A stretch of DNA of 64,000 nucleotides, taken from contig OZ251997.1 in NCBI GenBank assembly GCA_965247095.1, positions 4,320,001-4,384,000 of the forward strand, written 5' to 3'. Below, one piece after another: positions 1 through 9,745 of the stretch (its first letter is position 1; each line of letters begins with the position of its first letter). The position numbers were made by a program, and so were the translations under genes. The notes under the pieces are model-generated. The model was not told where the DNA came from. It worked only from the letters and a program-made list of their open reading frames with translations, and searched no databases. Source of the stretch: Candidatus Multivorans sp. Its GTDB lineage: Bacteria > Acidobacteriota > Thermoanaerobaculia > Multivoradales > Multivoraceae.

Positions 1-2
1 GG

Positions 3-164
3 TGGGGGTGCACGAGCCTGGGCTGGTTCCGATACTGGACCCAAAACATTCCGGGCGCCGGTCACACACTGTCGTACGGCGGCCGGCCGCTGACCAATTG
101 GTGGCGGTTGATTGGGGACTACGACGGGGCCATGCGTGAGGGGTACGGTCTGGTGGAACGATGA
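3..164 (+). CDS. 3' end of an uncharacterised protein (5'-truncated by the window edge)
   Basis: Frame 3 is open from the window edge (WGCTSLGWFRYWTQNIPGAGHTLSYGGRPLTNWWRLIGDYDGAMREGYGLVER*). Its TGA overlaps the next ATG (ATGA at 161-164). Confidence 0.7.
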   Translation, partial: WGCTSLGWFRYWTQNIPGAGHTLSYGGRPLTNWWRLIGDYDGAMREGYGLVER

Positions 165-2392
165 CCGCGGGCGTCACGGCGCCCACTACCGGCGATCGAC
201 TCGACGCTCTCGCGCGGAGCGACAAGTGGTACCTCTCGTGCGGGGACGGCATCGTGTGGGCGCCGCCGTTTCCCCAATGGCTAAGCCATCCGGGGTTTTG
301 GGATGAGGCGCTCGTCTACTATCACCCCTTCGCGCCGTTGTTCACCGTCGCGTTGGTCGGTCCTACGGGAGAGGCGGCGGCCCTGGAGCGTGGGCCGCTC
401 GATTGGCGACCAGATGGGTTGACCGTGCAGTGGCGCGCGCAGCGAGCCGAGTTGATCGAGCGTCGGTTTGCGTTGCCGGGGGGTGAGTTCGTGTCGCATT
501 GGGAACCCGCGGGTGCTACGGAGTGGCCGTCGTCACTCCGCGACTGGCACCTCGTAGCGTTTTCCGTCCAACCGTGGGAGACCGTGCAAAACCTGCGCCG
601 CGACGACGCGCGCGACGTGCTGACGTGGGGCCGCACGCTCATCGATCGGCACGAGCACCCGTTACAGGTGCAGGCGACCATCGCCGCGGCGGGCGCCGGA
701 ACCGCGGCACTCGTGTCGGCGCGCCGGTCGGAGCCGAGTGCCATGCATCCGCTGTGGCGTCTGACCCCGTTCTGGGAAGAGTGGCGCGAGCAATCGCCGC
801 CGGGGCTTGCTGGCGAGGTATGCCTCGGCGGTGTGGAAACGCGAGATGTCGTGTACGTGGCGCTGGACGTTCCGCTGGCCGATGCCGGTGAGGTGTCGTT
901 CGCGCTGCGGCTGGAGCCGGAGACGCGGAAAGGTCGGGTGGCAGCTCAGGGCAATCGAGATCCGCGGTCACCGTGGGTAGAGTTCTTTGACGGGTTTCCT
1001 CGGTTCACCTGTTCCAATCAGCACCTGACGCGATACTACGATTACCGTGTGTTCGGTTTGCGGCTCAACCGACTGGACGGCGACGCGGGCAACGTACGGC
1101 ACCCCGCGATCGCCGAAGGGATCGGCTATTTCCACGTTCCGATTACGTACAGCGGCCAGTGTCACATGCGGGAGATGCGGTGGAGCCGAACGCCGGATGT
1201 GGCCCACGGCACCCTGCTGAATTTCCTGGACGCACAACGCCAGGATGGATCGTTGCACGGCCGTCTGTACACCAACCACCTCGAAGGCACGGACTTCTAT
1301 CACGCCGACTGGGGCGATGCTGTGCTGGCGGTGGATGCGGTACACGATGACGAGGAGTTCTTGGAGACGGCGTATGGCGGGCTGTCGCGTTATGCGCGAT
1401 GGTTGGACACGACGCGAGATCGGGAAGCCTCATGTCTGTACGACGTCGTGAACCAGTACGAGACGGGCCAGGAGTACATGGCGCGATACCAGGCGGTGGA
1501 CGACCGTGCCGATATGGACGGTCGGGAATCAGGCTTGCGACTGAAGGGCGTGGACGTCACCGTCTACACGTATCAACTGAAGCAGACGCTGGCGGTGATG
1601 GCCGACCGGCTCTGCAAGGGGGACGAGTCAGCGGAATGGCGTGGAGCAGCGGATCGCATCGGCGCGGCGATCCTCGAGCATCTGTGGGACGACGAGTGCG
1701 GCTTCTTCTTCGACGTCGATCCCCGTACGATGCGTCGCACTGGCGCCAAGGCCGCCGTGGGTTTCTATCCGCTGCTCACCGATCTCGTCGGAGAAGAGCA
1801 CGTGCGCGCGCTGGTGGCGCACCTCGAGAATCCGGAGGAGTTCGGATCGCCGTATCCCATACCGTCGTCCAGTCTCGATGACGCCTATTTCGCCGGCCAA
1901 CCGTTATGGAAGGGAAAGCGGCACAACTGTCCGTGGAACGGGCGCGTGTGGCCGATGGTCAACAGCCACGTCATCGACGGCTTGTTGCGGCAATGGCGCC
2001 GCGGTCGTCGAGCGGTTGGTCCGGTGGCCGGCCGATTGCTGGTGCGGTTTGTGGAGATGATGTTCGACAATGGCGACGTCCACCGGCCCAACTGCTTCGA
2101 GCATTACAATCCGTTTACCGGTCAGGCGTCGGTCTACCGCGGCATCGACGACTACCAACACAGTTGGGTGCTCGACCTCCTGCTCCGCGGCGTCGCCGGT
2201 ATCGTGCCTGGGCGGGATGGCATCGCAATCGATCCGTTGACGTTGGAGTTGGACGACGTAACGGTCGAGCGCGCGGTGGTCCGAGGTCACGATGTCACCG
2301 TGATGCGGAAGGGCTCGCGCGTGACCGCTACGGTCGACGGCGACCGGTACGAGACCGAGGTCGGGACGCCGGTCGAGATCGGTTATACGTGA
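161..2392 (+). CDS. MGH1/GH63-like (alpha/alpha)6-barrel glycoside hydrolase
   Basis: 743 aa with YETGQE, LWDDECGFFFD, GFYPLL, CPWNGRVWP and FEHYNP motifs typical of mannosylglycerate-hydrolase/trehalase-like enzymes. It precedes the ABC genes. Confidence 0.8.
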   Translation: MTAGVTAPTTGDRLDALARSDKWYLSCGDGIVWAPPFPQWLSHPGFWDEALVYYHPFAPLFTVALVGPTGEAAALERGPLDWRPDGLTVQWRAQRAELIERRFALPGGEFVSHWEPAGATEWPSSLRDWHLVAFSVQPWETVQNLRRDDARDVLTWGRTLIDRHEHPLQVQATIAAAGAGTAALVSARRSEPSAMHPLWRLTPFWEEWREQSPPGLAGEVCLGGVETRDVVYVALDVPLADAGEVSFALRLEPETRKGRVAAQGNRDPRSPWVEFFDGFPRFTCSNQHLTRYYDYRVFGLRLNRLDGDAGNVRHPAIAEGIGYFHVPITYSGQCHMREMRWSRTPDVAHGTLLNFLDAQRQDGSLHGRLYTNHLEGTDFYHADWGDAVLAVDAVHDDEEFLETAYGGLSRYARWLDTTRDREASCLYDVVNQYETGQEYMARYQAVDDRADMDGRESGLRLKGVDVTVYTYQLKQTLAVMADRLCKGDESAEWRGAADRIGAAILEHLWDDECGFFFDVDPRTMRRTGAKAAVGFYPLLTDLVGEEHVRALVAHLENPEEFGSPYPIPSSSLDDAYFAGQPLWKGKRHNCPWNGRVWPMVNSHVIDGLLRQWRRGRRAVGPVAGRLLVRFVEMMFDNGDVHRPNCFEHYNPFTGQASVYRGIDDYQHSWVLDLLLRGVAGIVPGRDGIAIDPLTLELDDVTVERAVVRGHDVTVMRKGSRVTATVDGDRYETEVGTPVEIGYT

Positions 2393-2393
2393 G

Positions 2394-3479
2394 ATGAGCC
2401 TCGAACTCGTTGGTCTGGAGAAACGATACGGGTCGGTTGCGGCGCTCCGCCCCCTCGATCTGACGGTCGATCGAGGAGAGTTCGTGGTGTTGCTTGGACC
2501 GTCGGGGTGTGGCAAAACCACGGCGTTGCGGTTGATCGCCGGCCTCGAAGAGCCAACGGCCGGCGAGGTGCGGATCGACGGTCGCGTCGTCAACGAGGTG
2601 GAACCCGCCGCGCGCGACGTCGCGATGGTGTTCCAGAACTACGCGCTCTATCCCCACATGACCGTCCACGACAATCTCGCCTTCGGGCTCCGCATGCGGC
2701 GGACGCAGCCGGCGGAGGCGCGTGAAAAGGTGGAGTGGGCGGCGTCGGTGTTGGGCGTCGAGGAGCTACTCGACCGGAGACCGGGCGAGCTGTCGGGCGG
2801 CCAGCGACAGCGAGTGGCGTTGGGGCGGGCGCTCGTGCGCGAACCTCGCGTGTTTCTGTTCGACGAGCCCCTCTCCAATCTCGACGCCCGCCTTCGCCTC
2901 GAGATGCGAACCGAGATCGCCGGCCTCCACCGAAAGCTCGGCACGACGATGGTGTTCGTCACGCACGATCAGGTCGAGGCCATGACCCTGGGGCATCGCA
3001 TAGCGGTGATGCGCGACGGACGATTGCAGCAGTACGCGCCGCCCCTCGACGTCTACCGGCGTCCGGCGAATCTCTTCGTGGCGGGATTCATCGGCATGCC
3101 TCCGATCAATACCGTCGGTGGCGACGTCACCGCCGAAAACTCGGCCAGCCGGTTTCGTACAACTGACTTGGAGCTCGACCTGCCGTTGGTGGGGTATGCC
3201 GGCGTCGCCACGCTGGGCGTTCGCCCCGAGGCCGTGAGGCTCGTGACGGATGGCGAGAACGTGGACCTCCGCACAACGGTGGCCCGGTTGGAACCGCTGG
3301 GGAGCGAGGTCCTTGTGTACTTCGGCGGCCCCAAGGGAGAACCCTGGGTTGCTCGCGCCGATCCCGATATGTCGTGTGTTTCCGGGGACAGGATCGGTGT
3401 CCGCCTGGACCGGCGCAGGCTTCACCTCTTCGCCGGCGCTGACGGTGCGCGACTCGCGCCTGCGGGAGAGGAGGGGTGA
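2394..3479 (+). CDS. Sugar ABC transporter ATP-binding protein (MalK/UgpC family)
   Basis: Walker A GPSGCGKT, VFQNYALYPH, signature LSGGQRQR, Walker B FLFDEPLSNLD, H-loop VTHDQ and a C-terminal TOBE-like region. Confidence 0.95.
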   Translation: MSLELVGLEKRYGSVAALRPLDLTVDRGEFVVLLGPSGCGKTTALRLIAGLEEPTAGEVRIDGRVVNEVEPAARDVAMVFQNYALYPHMTVHDNLAFGLRMRRTQPAEAREKVEWAASVLGVEELLDRRPGELSGGQRQRVALGRALVREPRVFLFDEPLSNLDARLRLEMRTEIAGLHRKLGTTMVFVTHDQVEAMTLGHRIAVMRDGRLQQYAPPLDVYRRPANLFVAGFIGMPPINTVGGDVTAENSASRFRTTDLELDLPLVGYAGVATLGVRPEAVRLVTDGENVDLRTTVARLEPLGSEVLVYFGGPKGEPWVARADPDMSCVSGDRIGVRLDRRRLHLFAGADGARLAPAGEEG

Positions 3480-4771
3480 TGAAGTCGTACGGAGCTGCGC
3501 GACAGTTGGCATGGGCTGTGGCCGTTCTAGCGGGCACGGGATGCCACGCCGGCAGTGACGAATCCGGCGTTACGCTCCGGGTCATGAATTGGGCGGCCGA
3601 CCTCGAGATCGAGATGGAGCAGCGTATCGCCGATCGGTTTGCGGCGAGCCGTCCGGGGGTGCAGGTCATCGTAGAGTCGATTGTCACCAACTACGGCGAG
3701 AAACTCATCACGTCGATCGCGGCGGGAACCCCGCCGGATGTGTTTCTCTTGGACGTGCCCGATATCCCCGCGTTCGTCGACCGGGGGTTGGTGCTCGACC
3801 TCGCGCCGTATGCGGCACGGGTGGGGTACGACCCCGATGCGGTGTTTCCCGAGGTGCTCGACGTGTTCGCTAACGGCGATCGGCTCTTTGCGTTTCCCAA
3901 GGGATTCACGCCGATGGTGGTGTACTACAACCGCCGCCTCTTCGCCGAGCGAGGCATCGCGGAGCCGGACCAGCGTGGGTGGACGTGGGAGGAGTTTCTC
4001 GCCGTGGCGCGACAACTCACGCGCGACGTCGACGGCGATGGACGCACCGACGTCTACGGCATCAACTTCCCGCGACAGTTGTACGAATGGATCCCCTGGG
4101 TGTGGTCGGCCGGTGCCGACATCATGGATCCGGATGGGCGCCGCACGGTGGGGTATTTGGATTCGGAGGAGACCGTCGAGGTGTTCGAGTTCCTCACGTC
4201 GTTGGTGACGGAGTGGAAGGTGGTGCCGCCGTTTCAATACCAGCGCGAGGGCGACCCGATGTCCGTCGGTCGCTTCTTCGTGGGCCTCCAGGCCATGCAG
4301 ACGTCGGGGCACTGGCAACTGCCTCGCCTCAGGGCGTACGCCGCCGAAGGCGATCTCGACCTGGGGATCGCCCCCATTCCCCATCGCGCGGGCGCCACGC
4401 CGCAGACCGTGATCTACACGGCGGGGTGGGCCGTTCCCACGAACGTGCGGTTCAAACGCCTCGCGGTGGAACTTGCCGCTTTCCTGGGCGGCCCCGAGGC
4501 CCAACGGATGCGCGCCCGATCGGGCATCGAGATCTCGGCCAACCGGCGCATCGCCGAAGAGTTGGCGGCGCAGGACACCTCAGGCTTGGAACGGGCGTTC
4601 CTGCAGGAAGTGATTCACGCGCGCGTTCCCTGGGGAGCTCGCGTCATGGATTTCCATGAAATCGAACTCCTGGCGTTGGACATCATGGATCGCCGGATCC
4701 TACAGGGGGACTCGCTGGCCGTAGCGGCGGCGGAGGTGGCGCGACGGATCGACGAGGTGATCGCCCGATGA
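3476..4771 (+). CDS. Sugar ABC transporter substrate-binding lipoprotein
   Basis: Signal peptide with lipobox-like LAGTGC, plus IAAGTPPDVF, VVYYNRRLF and WTWEEF SBP_bac_1-type motifs. Confidence 0.92.
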   Translation: MMKSYGAARQLAWAVAVLAGTGCHAGSDESGVTLRVMNWAADLEIEMEQRIADRFAASRPGVQVIVESIVTNYGEKLITSIAAGTPPDVFLLDVPDIPAFVDRGLVLDLAPYAARVGYDPDAVFPEVLDVFANGDRLFAFPKGFTPMVVYYNRRLFAERGIAEPDQRGWTWEEFLAVARQLTRDVDGDGRTDVYGINFPRQLYEWIPWVWSAGADIMDPDGRRTVGYLDSEETVEVFEFLTSLVTEWKVVPPFQYQREGDPMSVGRFFVGLQAMQTSGHWQLPRLRAYAAEGDLDLGIAPIPHRAGATPQTVIYTAGWAVPTNVRFKRLAVELAAFLGGPEAQRMRARSGIEISANRRIAEELAAQDTSGLERAFLQEVIHARVPWGARVMDFHEIELLALDIMDRRILQGDSLAVAAAEVARRIDEVIAR

Positions 4772-6552
4772 AAAGGCCGTCCGCGCTCGCCGCGCTTCGG
4801 GTACTGACCGTGGTGATCCTCGGCGCAACCATAATGACGGGGTTGATGTCGTCGGGGCGTGCGGTCGCGCGCGTCGAATCCCGGGCGTTGCGCAACGAGA
4901 CCGACATCGCCGCGCAGATCGCCCGAGAGATGGGGTCGGCGGGTCTGGATCGGCTCTTTCCCGGCCGGTGGTCGCTCGACGACGAAACGCCCCCGGGTTT
5001 GGAGGGGGCGGTCGTGACGGCGAACGGCGGTAGGCTCGTGGGCCGGGCCGTCGTGTATGACGCCGACCGTTGGAATCCGTTGGGGAGCGTCACGCTGCAG
5101 GGGTCTCCCGATCTGGAGACGCGCCTTCCTTTATATGTATGGCTCAGCGCCCTGGTGGCTCTGGGCGGGGTGGGGTTGCTGGTGCCACGCTGGGCTCGAC
5201 CGGGCTCGTCTTCATCGACCGGACGCCTTGCCCTGGTCGCGACGGGCGTGCTGGTGTCGCTCGCGGTGATGATTGGGGGAGGATGGGCGCACGCGCGACT
5301 TGCGGATGCAACCCCACGCCGGATGGATGTTGCGGTGACGGCCCTGAACGTCGTCGGGGCGGATGAGGTGAGTCGGCGCCCGGGAGGTGTCTTCCAACTG
5401 ACCGGCGTACCGTACGTACTCCAGGGTCGTGATGGAGATGTCACGTTCAGTCATCTCTCCACGGCGGCGGCGGAAGATCTCCGCAACGTGTCGCCCACCG
5501 GGGTCACCGTCCGCGGCGATGGGGCGCCCTATCTCGTCGCCGACGTTGGTTCGGTGCGACTCGCGTTGCTTACGGACGAACACACGGATTCGCCGGCGGT
5601 CGGACTCGCCGTCATCTTGATGGTGGGATTGACGGTCGCCTGGGCGATCGGTCGACTGACCGCGCTGGGCGACCAACCACGGGTGCTCCGCCGGAATCTC
5701 GTGGCCTGGTCCTTTCTCGGTCCATCGGCGCTCCACCTCGCCGTCTTTACGGTCGGACCACTGGCGTGGGCGGGATGGTTGTCCCTCCACCGATGGAGCC
5801 TGATCGACGATGCGCGGCCCTTCGTCGGCATCGGAAATTATCTGGCCGTATTGAGCGACGGCTCGTGGTGGCGCGCCGTCGCGAACACCGCGTTCTTCAC
5901 GCTGCACGTGCCGTTCGCGATGGCGGTGGCGCTTGCCCTGGCGCTCCTCGTCCACCGGCGGGCACGCGGTGTGATGTTCCTTCGGGCCGTGTTCTTCCTG
6001 CCGAGTATTACGAGCATGGTGGCGATCGCCATTGTGTGGCAGTGGATGTTTCATCAGGAATTCGGGATCATCAATTGGGCGCTGGGGCTGGTGGGAATTC
6101 CGGCGTTACGCTGGCTCAACTCGCCGGCTACGGCGATGCTCGCGATCATGATCATGTCCGTGTGGCTGGTGGTCGGGTATCAGATGGTGTTGTTTCTGGC
6201 CGGCCTCTCCGCTATTCCGCGCGAGCTGTATGACGCGGCCAAGATCGACGGCGCGAGCCCGTGGAAGCGCTTGTGGCACGTGACCTTGCCGGGGCTACGC
6301 CACACCCTGGTCTTCGTGTTGATCACCTCGGTGATCGGTTCGTTTCAGGTCTTTGCCGCCGTGTACGTCATGACCCAAGGCGGTCCCCTCCAGGCCACGA
6401 ACGTGGCGGTCTTTCACATCTACCGTGAGGCGTGGGAACTCTTCCGGTTCGGAAGCGCCGCGGCGATGAGCTGGGTGCTATTCGCCATTGTGTTCGTTGT
6501 GACCTGGACGCAGTTCCGCATGGTGGAACGCCGGGCGAAGGGGCTTGGGTGA
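4768..6552 (+). CDS. Carbohydrate ABC permease with an ~300 aa N-terminal extension
   Basis: The C-terminal half is a UgpA/MalF-type permease with EAA loop ELYDAAKIDGA. The N-terminal half has extra hydrophobic segments and soluble stretches. Confidence 0.9.
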   Translation: MKRPSALAALRVLTVVILGATIMTGLMSSGRAVARVESRALRNETDIAAQIAREMGSAGLDRLFPGRWSLDDETPPGLEGAVVTANGGRLVGRAVVYDADRWNPLGSVTLQGSPDLETRLPLYVWLSALVALGGVGLLVPRWARPGSSSSTGRLALVATGVLVSLAVMIGGGWAHARLADATPRRMDVAVTALNVVGADEVSRRPGGVFQLTGVPYVLQGRDGDVTFSHLSTAAAEDLRNVSPTGVTVRGDGAPYLVADVGSVRLALLTDEHTDSPAVGLAVILMVGLTVAWAIGRLTALGDQPRVLRRNLVAWSFLGPSALHLAVFTVGPLAWAGWLSLHRWSLIDDARPFVGIGNYLAVLSDGSWWRAVANTAFFTLHVPFAMAVALALALLVHRRARGVMFLRAVFFLPSITSMVAIAIVWQWMFHQEFGIINWALGLVGIPALRWLNSPATAMLAIMIMSVWLVVGYQMVLFLAGLSAIPRELYDAAKIDGASPWKRLWHVTLPGLRHTLVFVLITSVIGSFQVFAAVYVMTQGGPLQATNVAVFHIYREAWELFRFGSAAAMSWVLFAIVFVVTWTQFRMVERRAKGLG

Positions 6553-7376
6553 TGATACGTGCAAGAGTGCGGGGCACGACCCTGGCGTGGGTCGCCGCCG
6601 GCGTCCTGGCGCTCACCATGCTCCTGCCGTTCTTGTGGATGTTCTCGACGAGCTTGATGGGCGAGCTGGAGGTCTTCGCATTCCCGCCCCCGGTGGTGCC
6701 GGAGGAGGCGCGTTGGAGCAACTACCCGGCGGCACTCACGGCACGTCCCTTCGGCCGCTACTTCCTCAACTCGATGGTGTTTGCGACCTGTGTGGTGATC
6801 GGCCAGGTGGTTACCGCGGCGACGGCGGGGTACGCGTTCGCGCGCGTGCGGTTCGTGGGCAGAGAGCGGATATTCCTTGCGTATCTGTCAACGATGATGT
6901 TACCGGTCGTGGTGGTGCTGATTCCGCGGTTTCTGCTGATCAACGCCCTGGGGTGGGTCGATACCTATGTCGGGTTGATCAGTACGGAGCTGGTCTCAGT
7001 GTGGGGAATATTTCTCATGCGCCAGTTCTTTCGCAGCGTTCCTCGGGAGCTGGAGGATGCCGCTCGCATCGACGGAGCGGGTCCCTGGCGCATCTTTTGG
7101 TCAATTGGAGTGCCGTTGGCGAAGCCGGCCATCGCCACGATCGCGCTCTTTGGATTCATCGAGGCGTGGAAGAATCTTCTGTGGCCGATCATCGCCACGC
7201 GATCGATGGGGATGCGGACGGTGGAGGTGGGAATCGCGTCGTTCCACGGACTGTTCGCCACGAATTGGCCGTTCCAAATGGCCGCCGCGGTCACGGCGAT
7301 CCTTCCCGTCATCGTGTTGTTCGTGTTCACCCAGCGATACTTCGTCGAGGGCATCCAACTCACCGGCTTCAAGTAA
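6552..7376 (+). CDS. Carbohydrate ABC permease (MalG/UgpE type)
   Basis: EAA motif ELEDAARIDGAG and C-terminal FTQRYFVEGI. The ATG at 6552 overlaps the upstream stop. Confidence 0.93.
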   Translation: MIRARVRGTTLAWVAAGVLALTMLLPFLWMFSTSLMGELEVFAFPPPVVPEEARWSNYPAALTARPFGRYFLNSMVFATCVVIGQVVTAATAGYAFARVRFVGRERIFLAYLSTMMLPVVVVLIPRFLLINALGWVDTYVGLISTELVSVWGIFLMRQFFRSVPRELEDAARIDGAGPWRIFWSIGVPLAKPAIATIALFGFIEAWKNLLWPIIATRSMGMRTVEVGIASFHGLFATNWPFQMAAAVTAILPVIVLFVFTQRYFVEGIQLTGFK

Positions 7377-7501
7377 CGCCGAACCATGCAAGGAGACGCC
7401 GTGCGAAAGCTCGTGTGCGCGATGCAGGGAGACATGAGGACATTGCGCGTGACCTTCGCGAATGGAGTGGGTTGCACGACTCGTACATTGCGTCTCACCC
7501 G

Positions 7502-9745
7502 GTGACGCCGTCCGGCGCCACGATCGGCGCGTTGGCCCCGGACGCCTGGGCCGGAATCGTCCTGTGCCCGGAGGCGGGGTCGGGGTTTGGGATTCGGTTT
7601 GCGGTGGAGCGTGACGGTACGCGCGCTGACGGGGGAGATCTTTTCTTTCTCGCGCATGAGGTTGGCCCCCACGCTCCCGATGGCAGCTACGCGCGAGTGG
7701 CCTTCGATGTGGACCTTCCCCTCGGCCTCGGCAATGACACGCCCAAGGTGCCGGCCGCCGAGCGCCGTGCCGGACTCACTGTGGAATGGGCGCGTGGGGG
7801 TGACGTGGTGGACGTTCGGGTGCAGGCGGCTTACGAGGGCGTATTGGAGGTGCGGGGGTATTTCCCGTGGGACTGGACGGGTCATTGGCGTGTGGCTCCG
7901 GGTGTGTTGCACGCCGAAACGGAAGGTGGTTCCCATCGGCTCGAGGTGCTTGTCGTCGTTCCCGAGTCGGCCCCGGACGCGGAGTGGGCGATCGAAGCGG
8001 GAGCGGCGGTGGCGCGGATCGCCGTGACTTCCGGCGACTGCATCTACGTGCGGGCGGCGATCGGTGACGATCCGCCGTCGGCCGAGACGCAGGCGATCGA
8101 CGCGCATCTCTCCCAGGCGCTCGCGGCCTACGAATCCAAACGCCCTGTGGTGACCGGGGAGTGGGCCGGTCTGGTGGCGTCCATCGCCAACAATCTCCAT
8201 TGGATGATCGCATTGCAGCCAGAGACGGGGCGGCTCTACACGCCCGCCGGTAGGCGCTGGATCTTCCCCGCGCACGCGGCGGACGCTACGGACCAACACT
8301 GGACGATATTCTGTTGGGACAGCTTCCTGAACGCCCTCCAGCTGGCCGTCGAGAGTCCGGACCTAGCCCGGGCGGTACTGCGCTCCGTTCTCCATACCCA
8401 GTACAACAACGGCAACGTTCCCAACTGGCGTGGTCGGTTCAACGGCACGCCGGATCGCTCGCAACCGCCCATCGGGTCCTTTGCCGTGCTCAAGTATTTC
8501 TTGCGCACGGGTGACCGCGAGCTGGTCGTGCGCGCGTTGCCGTTCCTCGAGCGGTGGTCCGCCTGGTGGACGGCGCCCAAGGGTCGTGGCCGGCGCCGGA
8601 GTGGTGGCCCCCACGCACTGTTTCAGTGGGGCAGCGACCTCGATCTCGTGATCGACTCCCCCGCCGAGTGGGAGAACTCGTCGAGCCATCAACAGAAAGC
8701 GGCGTGGGAGTCGGGGCAGGACGACCTGCCGAACTGGGACGACGCGGAGTGGTGTGCCGAGACGGAGACGCTCGACCTGGACGCCGTCGACCTCTGCTCC
8801 TATCTCGCGCTCGATTCCGAGTGCCTCGCCGAGTTGGCGACGATACTGGGAGAGACGAATAGGGCGCAGGCGTACCGAGACCGTCGTGCGCTGCTGATAC
8901 AAAAGATGAACGTGCACTTCTGGTGCGAGGACGCCGGGATGTACCTGGATCGACGTTGGAGCGGTGAATGGTCGCGTCGCATGGCGGCTTCCAACTTCCT
9001 CCCGTTGCTGGCCGGCGTTCCGGACGACGCGCAAGCGGCGCGAATGATCGAGACCCTACGGGACGAGTCGAGATTCGGCGGATCCTTTGTGCTCCCGAGC
9101 ATCAGTCGTGACGACCCGGCGTTCCCCGATCAACAGTACTGGCGCGGCACCATCTGGCCGCCGATGAACTATCTCGTCTATCAGGGACTGCGGCGTTATG
9201 GCTTCGACGTCGATGCCGGCCAGATGGCGGCGCGCAGCGTCGCCATGTTCCTCGGCGACTGGCGCCGTTTCGGATATTGTCGGGAGAACTTTCATGGAGA
9301 CACCGGTGAGGGAGGTGGGCACCGTTTCCAGAGTTGGGGGCCGTTGTTTGCCTTGATCGGCGTCGAGGAGTTTGTCGACGTGACCCCGTGGGAAGGCCTG
9401 CGGGTTGGCACCCTCACCCCGCCGGCCGCCACCACGTTGCGGCGGCTAGTCATTCGCGATCGGTCCTGGGACGTGACCCTCTCGCCCGAGGGTGTCGCCG
9501 TTGAGTGCGACGGCCAGCGCATGTTCACCACTACAGGACCCGCAACGTTCCGCCACCTGGAACACAGCGACCAGGCACTGAGGGCGACGGTGACCTGCGC
9601 CACCTCCGTTACGTTGTGTGTCGAGGGTTTCGGGCCCACCGCGCGGGTGGAGATCGATGGAACGATCGAGACACGCTCGACAGCGGATATCGATTTGCCG
9701 GCCGGGCAACACCTCGTGCGGGTCGAGGCGATACCAGAGCCGTAG
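7502..9745 (+). CDS. MGH1/GH63-like glycoside hydrolase (start uncertain: GTG 7415 or 7502)
   Basis: IFCWDSF, RSQPPI, WESGQDD, YWRGTIWPPMNY and RENFH motifs. The tracked ORF from 6545 overlaps the permease, so the true start lies downstream of 7376. Confidence 0.8.
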   Translation: MTPSGATIGALAPDAWAGIVLCPEAGSGFGIRFAVERDGTRADGGDLFFLAHEVGPHAPDGSYARVAFDVDLPLGLGNDTPKVPAAERRAGLTVEWARGGDVVDVRVQAAYEGVLEVRGYFPWDWTGHWRVAPGVLHAETEGGSHRLEVLVVVPESAPDAEWAIEAGAAVARIAVTSGDCIYVRAAIGDDPPSAETQAIDAHLSQALAAYESKRPVVTGEWAGLVASIANNLHWMIALQPETGRLYTPAGRRWIFPAHAADATDQHWTIFCWDSFLNALQLAVESPDLARAVLRSVLHTQYNNGNVPNWRGRFNGTPDRSQPPIGSFAVLKYFLRTGDRELVVRALPFLERWSAWWTAPKGRGRRRSGGPHALFQWGSDLDLVIDSPAEWENSSSHQQKAAWESGQDDLPNWDDAEWCAETETLDLDAVDLCSYLALDSECLAELATILGETNRAQAYRDRRALLIQKMNVHFWCEDAGMYLDRRWSGEWSRRMAASNFLPLLAGVPDDAQAARMIETLRDESRFGGSFVLPSISRDDPAFPDQQYWRGTIWPPMNYLVYQGLRRYGFDVDAGQMAARSVAMFLGDWRRFGYCRENFHGDTGEGGGHRFQSWGPLFALIGVEEFVDVTPWEGLRVGTLTPPAATTLRRLVIRDRSWDVTLSPEGVAVECDGQRMFTTTGPATFRHLEHSDQALRATVTCATSVTLCVEGFGPTARVEIDGTIETRSTADIDLPAGQHLVRVEAIPEP

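Noticed and set aside
6545-7414. N-terminal extension of the 1066 aa ORF
   Set aside because: It overlaps the clearly recognisable permease in another frame and is low-complexity Arg/Gly sequence.
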